From assembly GCA_021817985.1 (NCBI GenBank), contig JAKAFK010000005.1, positions 24,156 through 88,155 of the forward strand: a stretch of 64,000 nucleotides of DNA. The letters are read 5' to 3'. The stretch is from Pseudomonadota bacterium (GTDB taxonomy: Bacteria > Pseudomonadota > Gammaproteobacteria > Burkholderiales > JAKAFK01). The notes under the pieces were generated by a model. The model was given only the letters and a program-made list of their open reading frames with translations. It made no database searches and had not been told where the DNA came from. Shown in pieces: positions 16,611 through 26,062 of the stretch (its first letter is position 1; each line of letters opens with the position of its first letter). The position numbers and the translations under genes were made by a program.

Positions 16611-17720
16611 TTAGAGCTTATGCAGGCTACCTGGGGAAAATGTGGATGGCACTTCCGGGCCCTCGGCTTCGATGACCGCAAGGCATCCCTTGTGCACCAC
16701 TCGAGTCAGGGCGTGGTCGACGAGCTTGACCTCTCCAGGCACTGGGAAGCGAAGTGTCGCGACGACGGTTGACCCGGGAGGCACCGGGTAGGTTTGGATA
16801 TAGCGATGAGCGGGATTGAGCGTCTGTCCTTCAGGCCATAAGTCCTGCCATACATTGCCGATAGCGTGGAAGCTGCTCGACAGGTTGGGACCGCCGACCA
16901 CCAGAAAGACGCGGGCAGTCTCGCCTGTATGAACTCTCATGGGCCCATAGGCGGTGGCTGTTAGGGCATCCTTGGCGCCATTGAACAAGACATAATTGGG
17001 CTGTTCTTTCACCATGGCGTCCACATTGAAGCCATGGTATCCAGGGGCACCGGCGGGCTTGTCCGTATAGACCTCATGCTGCCCGAGATAGAACTCATGG
17101 TCGACATGGGGAAGCCCATTCTTCGGTTCCACCAAGATCATGCCGAACATGCCGGAGCTGATGTGCATGTCCATGTTCGATACCGCACAATGGTAGATGA
17201 AGGCGCCCGGGTAGGTTGCCTTGAAGCGCAAATGCGCCTCCTCACCGGGGTGCGTCAGTGTGGCCAGGGCGCCGCCCCCAGGCCCCATCACCGCGTGCAT
17301 GTCCACATTGTGTGCCTGCGTATTCTCTGTCAGGTTGCGCAGCGTGAGTTCAACGGTGTCGCCTTCCCGTACGCGGATGAATGGACCAGGCACTTGCCCG
17401 TTGTAGGTCATAAACCTGAAGAGAACGCCAGTTTCGATCTCGGCAAGGACCTCCTTCGCCTCCAGAAGAACCGGCACTACCGCCGGCCGGCGCCTCGTGA
17501 TCGGGGGTGGAATCTTGGTCGGATCGGCGGTGACGCGAGTGACGTGGCCCGCCCGGCGCAGGGCGCCCGAGGGCGCGGGGCGAATGTCGATCCGCGCCGC
17601 TCCATCGGAGTCAGGCCAGGCGTTCTGGGCTCTCCCGATGAAGGAAATGGTGCCTGCAGCCAGACCCGCCTGTTTCAGAAAACCGCGGCGCCCCTGCTTA
17701 AGTCCCTTTTCTACTGCCAT
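16611..17720 (-). CDS. nirK: copper-containing nitrite reductase, AniA/class II type, with Tat signal
   Basis: Lies within track ORF 16611..17765, with the start at ATG 17720, 8 nt after GGGAGG. It has a twin-arginine signal (QGRRGFLKQAGLAAG). Cu ligand motifs HNVDMH, YHCAV...MHISSGM, SSFHAIG (compare AniA SSFHVIG) and LVDHAL are all present. Confidence 0.8.
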   Translation of the reverse strand: MAVEKGLKQGRRGFLKQAGLAAGTISFIGRAQNAWPDSDGAARIDIRPAPSGALRRAGHVTRVTADPTKIPPPITRRRPAVVPVLLEAKEVLAEIETGVLFRFMTYNGQVPGPFIRVREGDTVELTLRNLTENTQAHNVDMHAVMGPGGGALATLTHPGEEAHLRFKATYPGAFIYHCAVSNMDMHISSGMFGMILVEPKNGLPHVDHEFYLGQHEVYTDKPAGAPGYHGFNVDAMVKEQPNYVLFNGAKDALTATAYGPMRVHTGETARVFLVVGGPNLSSSFHAIGNVWQDLWPEGQTLNPAHRYIQTYPVPPGSTVVATLRFPVPGEVKLVDHALTRVVHKGCLAVIEAEGPEVPSTFSPGSLHKL

Positions 17721-18116
17721 TTCTGACGCCTCCCGTGACAGGTTGCCGCGAATTAAATACGACATTCAGATATGTATGGCGGCAAGTATGTGACGCGTAA
17801 GGAGGCCTGTCCAAGAACAAATTTGGATAGTAGGGATAGGAATCGGCTATAGATTCTTCGGCGATCGGACGCATGATCTCGGGGTGGGGAAGGCCAAGTC
17901 GCTTGGGGCATGCCTACCCACCCGATTCGCATGATGATTGTCGGGACGTCCTCTTGACAACTCGGTGAGGCATCTCCAACATGCCCATGGGCCGCGCGGC
18001 GAAGTCTTACTTTCGGCAGATAGGCATGGCGGCGCCGGGGCGCGTGGGTGGCCCCAGGGGTGCCGGGGTGAGGCCAATCTTTGCTGTCATCAACAACCCA
18101 AAGTCGGGAGCATCTC

Positions 18117-18998
18117 GTGCCCTATTCCTTGTTTGCTGTGGATGTTTTCGCCGATGGGCCTTACACGGGCAATCCATTGGCTGTCGTCATTGGATCGGGC
18201 TTATCCGATGAGTTGATGCAACGGATTGCGGCAGAGATCAATTATTCCGAAACGACGTTTGTAGATCCTACGGGCCACTCTGAGAATAGATACGGAATTC
18301 GTATGTTCACGCCGGCGCGGGAGGTCGCCTTTGCAGGCCACCCTATTCTAGGTACGGCCTGGGTCATCCGACAGTATGTCGCGCCGAAGGCGATGAACGA
18401 GATCATCCTCCGGCTTTCCGTCGGCGAGATCCCGGTTCGCTTCGAGCGGTCCCCCAACGGACGAGACGTTCCATGGTTTCGAGCGCCAGAAGCCACCTTC
18501 GGATCAACCTATCCGCGCGAACCGGTGGCGCGTGCGCTCGGACTTTCCCCCGACGACATCGAGACAGGCAGCCCCATTCAGGCGCTTGTTGCCGGTGTCT
18601 CCATCCTGATAGTACCTTTGCGCGGTCTCGATGCCCTGCGCTGCTGTAGACTCGATCTCAATGCATTTTCCCCACTGGCGGCCCAGGGTGCACCTTCCCT
18701 TGTCTATCTTTTTTGCCGGCAGACCCTTCATCCGGCGAACGATCTAAGCGCGCGCTTTTTCTTTGAGGCCTATGGTGTGCGCGAAGACCCCGCAACCGGA
18801 AACGGCGCGGCACTGCTGGGGGCATATCTGCTCCAACACCAGGTGCTCGGCGTCTCCGATCTGTCGTTGCGCATTGAGCAGGGCCACGAAGTCCGGCGCC
18901 CGTCGTTGGTCATGCTGCGGGCTCGAATGTCTGGCGGCTTGCGGGAAGTCGGAGTAGGCGGTCACGTGTATCCGACCATAAGGGGAGAATTGCTATGA
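18117..18998 (+). CDS. PhzF-family isomerase
   Basis: Track ORF 18081..18998. The GTG at 18117 lies 6 nt after GGGAG and gives (M)PYSLFAVDVFADGPYTGNPLAVV...INYSETTFV, a typical PhzF N-terminus. Confidence 0.8.
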   Translation: MPYSLFAVDVFADGPYTGNPLAVVIGSGLSDELMQRIAAEINYSETTFVDPTGHSENRYGIRMFTPAREVAFAGHPILGTAWVIRQYVAPKAMNEIILRLSVGEIPVRFERSPNGRDVPWFRAPEATFGSTYPREPVARALGLSPDDIETGSPIQALVAGVSILIVPLRGLDALRCCRLDLNAFSPLAAQGAPSLVYLFCRQTLHPANDLSARFFFEAYGVREDPATGNGAALLGAYLLQHQVLGVSDLSLRIEQGHEVRRPSLVMLRARMSGGLREVGVGGHVYPTIRGELL

Positions 18999-19080
18999 CG
19001 GCGAAGATCTCTCGGCAACGAATTTCCGCGATGTGACCTCGTTCGGGATGCGGTCGGCTCCCACCTGATTTCGCACTGCT

Positions 19081-19810
19081 TTGGGCAGACTCAATCCCTC
19101 CGCGCCTGCGACTGGCTATCTTGGCGAGGACCTTGGGCTGGATTCGAGGGACACTGTCTATGCCCTGGACTCGACGACGATCGACCTGTGCCTGTCGGTC
19201 TTCCCGTGGGCCCACTTCCGGTCGACGAAGGCGGCCGTGAAGATGCACACGCTGCTGGACTGGCGGGGCAACATCCTAAGCGTCATCCATATGTCCGACC
19301 GCAAGCTGCACGACGTGAATGCGCTCGACCTCTTGATTCCGGAGGCAGGCGCGATTTACGTTATGGATCGAGGCGATATGGATTCTGAGCGAGCCCATAC
19401 GCTGCACCTCGCGGGGGCGTTCTTCGTCACGCGTGCCCAATCCAATCTCAGCGCGCATCGCGTCTACTCGGAGAAGACCTCACCACTGGGATCATCTGCG
19501 ACCCGACGATCGCGCTCGACGGCCCCGGCAAGACGCCGGTCTTCATCACCAGCCAGTTCACCTTTCCGGCAGCGACCATTTGCGCACTGTACAAGGCGCG
19601 CTGGCGGGTCGAACTGTTCTTCCAATGGCTCAAGCAGCATCTTCGCATCAAATGGTTCTTCGAGACCTCCGAGAACGCGGTCAAGACCCAGATCTGGACC
19701 GCCGTTTCGGTGTGTGTCCTCGTGGCCATCGTCAAGAAGCGCCTGAATCCGGACGCTTCGCTTTACACATTGCTACAGATCTTGTCGGTCACCCTATTCG
19801 AGACGGATCT
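19081..19810 (+). mobile_element. IS4-family (DDE) transposase pseudogene: N-terminally truncated, frameshifted, internally deleted
   Basis: Frame 1 reads ...DTVYALDSTTIDLCLSVFPWAHFRSTKAAVKMHTLLD...YVMDRG...FFVTRAQSN. The homologous C-terminus ...ICALYKARWRVELFFQWLKQHLRIKWFFETSENAVKTQIWTAVSVCVLVAIVKKRL... continues in a different frame from about 19482. About 100 N-terminal residues and an internal segment are missing. Confidence 0.75.
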
Positions 19811-20090
19811 GTGCAGGTGCAAGACGCCGCGCCTTGAATCGGGCTGCCCACTTGCTCGATCGTCTTCGTCGAACGTCCCCTCTCGAGGCCCCGCTTGAAT
19901 GCTTCCTCCACCCGCAGCTATTGTCGATTCCTATCGGCTCAATACGAATTAGCTCTTGGACAGGCTCATTTTGCGCATCGCATACTCTGAGCGTGAATCG
20001 GCTTGAGTTGCCTCGCCTGTGCCGCATACCGCGGACAATCCTTTTGGGCGATGCACGCGCACGCGCGAAGCCTCGACCACGGAGACAAAG

Positions 20091-21386
20091 ATGGAAGTTG
20101 AGCTAACGGAACGCTACCGGGATACGGCAATAGGCCGCGAAGCGGAAACGCTCTTGTCGCCTTGCGTTCAGTGCGGACAGTGCACATTTCGATGCCCGAC
20201 GTTCCGGCTGTTGAACGACGAATGGGACGGGCCGAGGGGACGGATCTATCTCATCAGACAGTTGCTGGAAGGCAAGGAATTAAGCGCTGCGGGCTTGCCG
20301 CCGGCCTATTCTCTGGAAACGCTCGAGGGGCGCACGCTCGGTGCCAACGTGCAGCATCATCTCGATCGCTGCCTAAGCTGCCGATCTTGCGAGGCGAGCT
20401 GCCCACAGGGAGTCCGCTACGGTCGGCTGCTTGACATCGGTAGGGAGTTGGCAGAGAAGGAGGCGCCTCGCCCTTTGAAAGAGCGGCTGACCCGGTGGGC
20501 GGTTCGTGCAACGGTCACGCATCGTGCTCTGTTTTCAAGCGCAGTACGACTCGGGCGGGCCCTGGGCCGATTCATGCCCCCCGACTATCGAACAAGAATT
20601 CCCGCAATTCGGCGCGCCGGCGCGTGGCCCAGCCGTTCGCATTCCCGAACCATGGTGATCTGGCAGGGGTGCGTTCAGCCAACGCTAATGCCGGACATCA
20701 ATGCAGCTACCGCCCGTGTGCTGGATCGGTTCGGAATTCGGCTCATCCCCTGCAATGCAGGCTGTTGCGGTGCCGTGAGTCAGCATATGGCGGCAACAAG
20801 CGAAGCGCAGGCCTTCATGCGCAAGAACATCGATGCCTTATGGCCACACATCGAGGGGGGAGCAGAGGCCCTCGTTCTAACCGCCAGTGGCTGCGGCATG
20901 CATTTTCGTGACTATGGCCATCTGCTACGCGACGATCCGGACTACTGCGACAAAGCCCAACGTGTCTCTGAGCTCACGAAGGACATCGCGGAGATTGTTG
21001 CTGCCGAGTGGCATAACGAGTTCCAGCCCGCCACGGAACCCGGGCAGCCGCCGAGACGCATCGCCTTCCAGTCATCCTGCAGCCTTCAGCACGGGGAGAA
21101 GCTGAACGGCGTTGTCGAGCAGATTCTCAAGCGTGCGGGATTCCGGTTGGCGCGGGTCGCCTATCCGTTTATGTGCTGTGGCGCCGCCGGAACATATTCC
21201 ATCCTGCAACGGACACTCTCGCTATCGCTGCGCGCCGCAAAAATCGATACGTTGCTCGCCAGCCGCCCGGAGGCCATAGCTACAGCAAATGTCGGTTGCT
21301 TGGCGCACTTGGCCGAAGCATCGCCGGTACCGGTCAACCATTGGATCCAACTGTTGGATCAGGCGCTTTCGGCTGAAGGTGTGTGA
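20091..21386 (+). CDS. glcF: glycolate oxidase Fe-S subunit GlcF-like (2x[4Fe-4S] plus CCG domains)
   Basis: Lies within track ORF 20019..21386, with the ATG at 20091 5 nt after GGAGA. It has two ferredoxin motifs (CVQCGQCTFRCP and CLSCRSCEASCP) and CCG motifs (NAGCCGA, FMCCGAAG). No glcD or glcE is adjacent. Confidence 0.8.
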   Translation: MEVELTERYRDTAIGREAETLLSPCVQCGQCTFRCPTFRLLNDEWDGPRGRIYLIRQLLEGKELSAAGLPPAYSLETLEGRTLGANVQHHLDRCLSCRSCEASCPQGVRYGRLLDIGRELAEKEAPRPLKERLTRWAVRATVTHRALFSSAVRLGRALGRFMPPDYRTRIPAIRRAGAWPSRSHSRTMVIWQGCVQPTLMPDINAATARVLDRFGIRLIPCNAGCCGAVSQHMAATSEAQAFMRKNIDALWPHIEGGAEALVLTASGCGMHFRDYGHLLRDDPDYCDKAQRVSELTKDIAEIVAAEWHNEFQPATEPGQPPRRIAFQSSCSLQHGEKLNGVVEQILKRAGFRLARVAYPFMCCGAAGTYSILQRTLSLSLRAAKIDTLLASRPEAIATANVGCLAHLAEASPVPVNHWIQLLDQALSAEGV

Positions 21387-21692
21387 CCGATCCTGCCGCC
21401 CGCCGCAATTGAGTCCGTTGCGACGCTTCGAGTGCGTCGGATTGCGCCAGCATACGTCGAGATTTTCTTGGAGGTGCATGATAGGGAGTGAATCCACCGC
21501 TTACAGGATCTGGCGACGGGAAATAGACCTCGGCCCGCATGATGCGGTAGATTATTCTTCGAGTCGAGAGCGATGCGGCATGGCGCCGCTCCCGCTATCC
21601 CGTGAGCCAAAGCTTTTCGCTCGCGAGGCACGCCAGTAACCCGACCGTGATGCCAGGCAAGTAACTAAAAAATAAAAGAGAGGAACTCGATC

Positions 21693-24047
21693 GTGGTGCG
21701 CCTCGACATTCCGGAATCCGGTGCCCTGTCCAGCCATGCCGCGTGCGATGGGGGCCAGCCCGCGAGCGCACACGCCACGCGTCCGGACGGCTTCCCCCTG
21801 CACGTCTATCTCGAACTGACCGAGGCGGATTTCCGATTGCTCCACAAACATCACGATGCCCTGACCAAGCACATGCATCTGTTGGCGAGCGACCTATACG
21901 ATCGCCTTCTGCGCCACTCGGCGCCATCCTGCGATGTCGCGCAGGGAGATTTGGAACATTTCACCCGAAAGCAGACTACACATGCACAGGGGCTTTTGCG
22001 GAGTGGACTCGGCGCGGGCTGGTTGGCAGACCTGCGCGCCCTCGGGCAACGCCACCCCTCCCTGGGTGTCGAACCGACCTGGCTTTCCGCTGCATACTGG
22101 CTCTGCTGGCAACACTGGAACGTGGTGATCGGGCAGGACGTTCCGGCTGCAGAACGCGATTTGGTGCGGAATACGCTCTTTCGTCTTCTGGTGGGCGACT
22201 TGGTCGCGCAATTCGATGACTACGCCTCTGCCGCTTGCGATACCGACACTGAGCGGGTGGCAGTCTTCAACGTGTTGCTCCGCGTTCTCGCAACGCAGGA
22301 TGCAGCCCAAGATCCTGACGGCGAGCGACTGCTTGACGCCATCTGTCTCGGACTCGTGACCAGCAGTCGAGTCGTCGCGTGGACGAGCTATGCGACTCGC
22401 GATCGCGACGATGTGTTGATTGCCCGCTGCACCGCCGGTGTCCGCGACAAGGCGATTGTCATCCCCAGGCTGCAGGGGGATCCGTGTTGGGAGGCTATCG
22501 ATCGCGGGCAACCCGTCATCTGCCCAGTGAGCGATGTCACCGGGCCCGAATGGATGCATGGCCTATGCGACACCGTCGCCGAAGTTGGCTGTTTTCCGTT
22601 CGGGAGTGGTTGTTTTGCGGCAGTGGGACTCGTCGGAGCAGCGGAAGAAGGATATTTTGAGCGGGTGGGGGCCACCTATTTCCTTGCATTCGCCTATCTG
22701 GGCGATCTGGTGCAGCGCATGCGGGCGCAATCCCTCGAAGATCCGCTCACCGGCCTTCCCAACAGGCGTCTGTTTTCGGAACGGCTCGACCATGCGTACC
22801 GACAAGGATTGCGGCACGAACGCCTCCTGGCGGTCGGTCTGCTCGACCTCGATGGTTTTAAGCAAATCAACGATCATCTGGGGCACGATGCCGGCGATAG
22901 CGCTCTTCGGGAGGTTGCGGCGCGGCTCCAAAGCGTGCTGCGCTCTGCCGATACGCTGGCGCGCATGGGAGGCGACGAGTTCGGGTTTCTGCTCACAGAT
23001 CTTGAGCGGCAAGGTGATCTGGATCGGATTTGCGAACGCGTCATGGAGGCCATGCGGGCCCCGTTCGAAATCAACGGGGAACCGATTCGCCTGTCTGCCA
23101 GTGCCGGCGTGACGCTCTTCCCCTTCGACAACAATAACGGCGAGACGCTCTTGCGTCATGCCGATCTTGCCCTATACTCGGCCAAGGAAAAAGGGCGGGA
23201 CCAGTGGGCGCGGCACAGCGCTTCGCTCAATGCACGCCTGAGCGCCCACGCGGGCGCATGCGACATGCTCGACAAGGCGCTGCAGGCGGACCGTCTGATG
23301 CTCTACTACCAGCCCATAGTGGCTGCTGGCGATGCTCGCGACCCCCATGGGGTCCTGGGTGTTGAGGCTCTGCTCCGGCTATGTGATGGAGACAACCGTA
23401 TTCACACTCCGGCGACGTTTGCTATTGCTTTGGATCACGTTCGCCTCGCCCGCCCAATTGGACGGTTCGTTCTCGATGCGGCGCTGGCCCAGGGTGAATG
23501 CTGGCATAACCAAGGCTTGCCGTTGCGCGTTGCAGTCAACGTCAGTGCGAATCACCTTTTGGACGTTCGTTTTCCCTCGGATCTTGAGGAGGCTCTTTCC
23601 CACCGCCCAGGCATTGCGCCGGCGTTCGTCGAGATTGAGATCACCGAGAGCGCGCCCTTACGCGATTTCGACGGCGCACGACGCGCACTCGAGGCCTGTA
23701 ATGAGCTAGGGGTACGCATCGCGCTCGATGATTTCGGCACTGGCAACGCCTCACTTGCCTATCTGCAAAAGCTTCCCGCTCAAACGATCAAGATCGACCA
23801 AAGCTTCGTCCGCAATATTCTCAGCGATCCGAAAGATCTCGCAATCGTGACGGGCATCGTCACGACGGCTCGCATGCTAGGGCTCGAAGTGATTGCCGAA
23901 GGCATAGAGAGCGAGCGGCACGCCCTTAAGCTTGCTGAACTCCAATGCCATATGGCACAAGGCTTTGCGATTGCCCGCCCGATGCCGGCGGACACGGTTG
24001 CTCCATGGGTTACGCATTACCGTTTGCACCCAATGGGAATCGCCTAG
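21693..24047 (+). CDS. globin-coupled sensor / GAF / GGDEF / EAL protein (c-di-GMP turnover)
   Basis: 784-aa ORF with a GTG start. The N-terminus is protoglobin-like with a candidate proximal His (LGQRHPSLGVEPTWLSAAYW). A central GAF-like region follows, then GGDEF (RMGGDEFGF) and EAL (GVEALLRL ... DDFGTG ... KIDQSF). Confidence 0.85.
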   Translation: MVRLDIPESGALSSHAACDGGQPASAHATRPDGFPLHVYLELTEADFRLLHKHHDALTKHMHLLASDLYDRLLRHSAPSCDVAQGDLEHFTRKQTTHAQGLLRSGLGAGWLADLRALGQRHPSLGVEPTWLSAAYWLCWQHWNVVIGQDVPAAERDLVRNTLFRLLVGDLVAQFDDYASAACDTDTERVAVFNVLLRVLATQDAAQDPDGERLLDAICLGLVTSSRVVAWTSYATRDRDDVLIARCTAGVRDKAIVIPRLQGDPCWEAIDRGQPVICPVSDVTGPEWMHGLCDTVAEVGCFPFGSGCFAAVGLVGAAEEGYFERVGATYFLAFAYLGDLVQRMRAQSLEDPLTGLPNRRLFSERLDHAYRQGLRHERLLAVGLLDLDGFKQINDHLGHDAGDSALREVAARLQSVLRSADTLARMGGDEFGFLLTDLERQGDLDRICERVMEAMRAPFEINGEPIRLSASAGVTLFPFDNNNGETLLRHADLALYSAKEKGRDQWARHSASLNARLSAHAGACDMLDKALQADRLMLYYQPIVAAGDARDPHGVLGVEALLRLCDGDNRIHTPATFAIALDHVRLARPIGRFVLDAALAQGECWHNQGLPLRVAVNVSANHLLDVRFPSDLEEALSHRPGIAPAFVEIEITESAPLRDFDGARRALEACNELGVRIALDDFGTGNASLAYLQKLPAQTIKIDQSFVRNILSDPKDLAIVTGIVTTARMLGLEVIAEGIESERHALKLAELQCHMAQGFAIARPMPADTVAPWVTHYRLHPMGIA

Positions 24048-24135
24048 TCTATCGGGGGAGGTCCCCCGGCTGTCCACCACCAAGGCCAAGGACATCGACT
24101 CGCTCCTGCTGCATCTCTGGCAGCCAAGCGCCTGA

Positions 24136-24342
24136 CGTCACCCCATTATCGCGTTAGCGTCTGATCCCGCTCAAGGTGCACCGCACCGGACAGATACTTT
24201 CAAGCTCATCGAGGAGGCCGAGAAATCGTGGCGCTGCATCAAGGGCGCAGACCGGATTGAAATGCTCCTGAAGGGCGTTCCCTTCAAGGATGGGGAAGCG
24301 GTGCTGGACAATCCCCCGCTTCAACAGGAACTCGCCGCCTGA
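24136..24342 (+). mobile_element. IS256/Mutator-family transposase C-terminal remnant
   Basis: A short open frame ends ...TFKLIEEAEKSWRCIKGADRIEMLLKGVPFKDGEAV...*, the characteristic C-terminal tail of IS256-family transposases. The rest of the gene is absent. TGTCAAAT-type IR-like sequences lie at 24371-24381 (reverse orientation) and 24420-24432. Confidence 0.55.
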
Positions 24343-24581
24343 GAGCTCCGCTGTTCAGGCCGCCAAACACCAGATTTGACAATAACTCGTTCCCGAAGGG
24401 CTGCGCGCGTTGGGACAGATGTCAAATTTCAGCAGCCGACTAACTTCCAAATTCCAGGTGCTCGCCTAAGTGCACACGATAAGCCGACAAGAGATCACTG
24501 CGAGTTAGCATACCAGCCAAACGACCGGGGTCGTCCGCCGGCAGGACTGGCAAGCGTCGGGTGTATGGTGAGACGAAGACG

Positions 24582-25742
24582 TCAGCGGTCGGCAGGACCT
24601 ATCGCGAGTTCCCCTTGCAATGGCAAGTCAGCCTGGCTGGCGTTCCCCGCCGCACATAAGCCGCTGGCGCGCACGCCCAGCAGTCGCAGGCGCCGGTCCA
24701 GACGCACGCGCTTGAGGCAAGCCCCTGCCGCTCGACGAATGACAGCGGGCTCGGCCGACGCGGCCGGCAGCGAGAGATCGCGCGTCACCGTGCGAAAATC
24801 GTCGAAGCGAAGCTTGATGCCGATGGTGCGCGCGCAGTACCCCTTGTGCCGCAGATCCTCAGCGACCAACCAACATAACCGGGTGAAGATATCGGAGAGC
24901 GTGCCGCGATCATGGCGCGGATGCAGATCGCGTTCGAAGGTCGTTTCCCTGCTGATCGATTTGGGCTCCGAATGCGTGATGACCGCCGCGTCACCCTCGC
25001 CGTGCGCCGCACGGTGCAGCCAGGATGCATAGGAGGGTCCGAAATGCCTTTGGAGCATACCGGGGTCCGCCTGGGCGAGATCCGCGATCGTTGCGATGCC
25101 CAAACCCGCCAGCTTCGCCGTCGCCTTCGGCCCTATCCCGTTGATCCTTTCTACGGGCAGCGGCCAGATTCGCGCGGGCACGCCGGCCATGTCCAGGAGG
25201 GTAAGCCCGTTGGGCTTGTGCAGGTCGGAACAGATCTTCGACAGCAGCTTGTTGGGGGTGATGCCGATCGAACAGCTTAAGCCCGTGGCATCCAGCACCG
25301 CCTGCTGAATGCGATGGCCCAGTGCGCGGGAATCACCAGGCACGTCGGTGAGATCGATATAGATTTCATCGATTCCTCGATTCTCAATCTTCGGCGCAAT
25401 CTCCGACACGGCTGCCTTGAAGCGGGCCGAATAATGCCGGTAGGCTTCGAAATCCGCCGGCAGGAGAATGGCATCAGGCGCGAGCCTCGCCGCCTTCATG
25501 AGTCCCATGCCGGACGAGACGCCGAGTGCCCGTGCTTCGTAAGTGCATGTCGTGACGACACCGCGGCCAGCATAGTCGCGCAGTTGTGCGAAGCGGCAGA
25601 TGCCGTTTCTCCGGATCAACGGTGCGCCTGCTTGCCGCCCCCCGATGACGACGGGACGACCGCGCAGCTCCGGATAGCGCAGCAGCTCGACCGAGGCATA
25701 GAATGCATCCATGTCCAGATGGGCAATGCGTGTCGGGTTCAT
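24582..25742 (-). CDS. dinB: DNA polymerase IV
   Basis: Lies within track ORF 24582..25925, with the start at ATG 25742 (MNPTRIAHLDMDAFYASVELLRYPELRGRPVVIGG), the canonical Y-family N-terminus. Confidence 0.9.
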   Translation of the reverse strand: MNPTRIAHLDMDAFYASVELLRYPELRGRPVVIGGRQAGAPLIRRNGICRFAQLRDYAGRGVVTTCTYEARALGVSSGMGLMKAARLAPDAILLPADFEAYRHYSARFKAAVSEIAPKIENRGIDEIYIDLTDVPGDSRALGHRIQQAVLDATGLSCSIGITPNKLLSKICSDLHKPNGLTLLDMAGVPARIWPLPVERINGIGPKATAKLAGLGIATIADLAQADPGMLQRHFGPSYASWLHRAAHGEGDAAVITHSEPKSISRETTFERDLHPRHDRGTLSDIFTRLCWLVAEDLRHKGYCARTIGIKLRFDDFRTVTRDLSLPAASAEPAVIRRAAGACLKRVRLDRRLRLLGVRASGLCAAGNASQADLPLQGELAIGPADR

Positions 25743-25902
25743 GGCCGCGTCCCGGGAAATCTTTCGCGCCTCGGCGATCGGGGCTCCCGCACGATAGCAA
25801 CTGCTTCGCGCGGCAAGCCTCGAACATGCTCTGCGCACGCGATGCCCATCGCGCAGGACGAGCATGTGCCCGCATCGTCCCGCTGGAACCGCACCGCGTG
25901 CC

Positions 25903-25919
25903 GGCTGTATTGTACAGCC
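25903..25919. promoter_or_regulatory. 17-bp palindrome GGCTGTA-TTG-TACAGCC upstream of dinB (candidate operator)
   Basis: Perfect 7-bp arms containing CTGT/ACAG, about 160 nt upstream of the dinB start. The spacing (CTGT-N5-ACAG) does not match the canonical gamma/beta-proteobacterial LexA box CTGT-N8-ACAG. Confidence 0.3.
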
Positions 25920-26062
25920 CAACAAGGGATTACGAATACCTGTTGTGAATGTGGATTAATAGCGAGCGCACGCGAAGGCACGCCCGCCGCGAAGTCCAAC
26001 GGCTCTATCGGACGCAGGCTTGACCGATGTTTTGCGGCGCCGATTCGTCCCATCGGCATTAC

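Noticed and set aside
16611-17720. Initial idea that the NirK-like protein lacks the catalytic His and is therefore a new kind of copper enzyme
   Set aside because: That idea came from aligning to the class I motif PHLIGGHGD. Against the class II/AniA motif SSFHVIGEIFD, the local SSFHAIGNVWQD keeps the His. All T1 and T2 Cu ligand motifs and the Asp in HNVDMH are present, so it looks like an ordinary AniA-type NirK.
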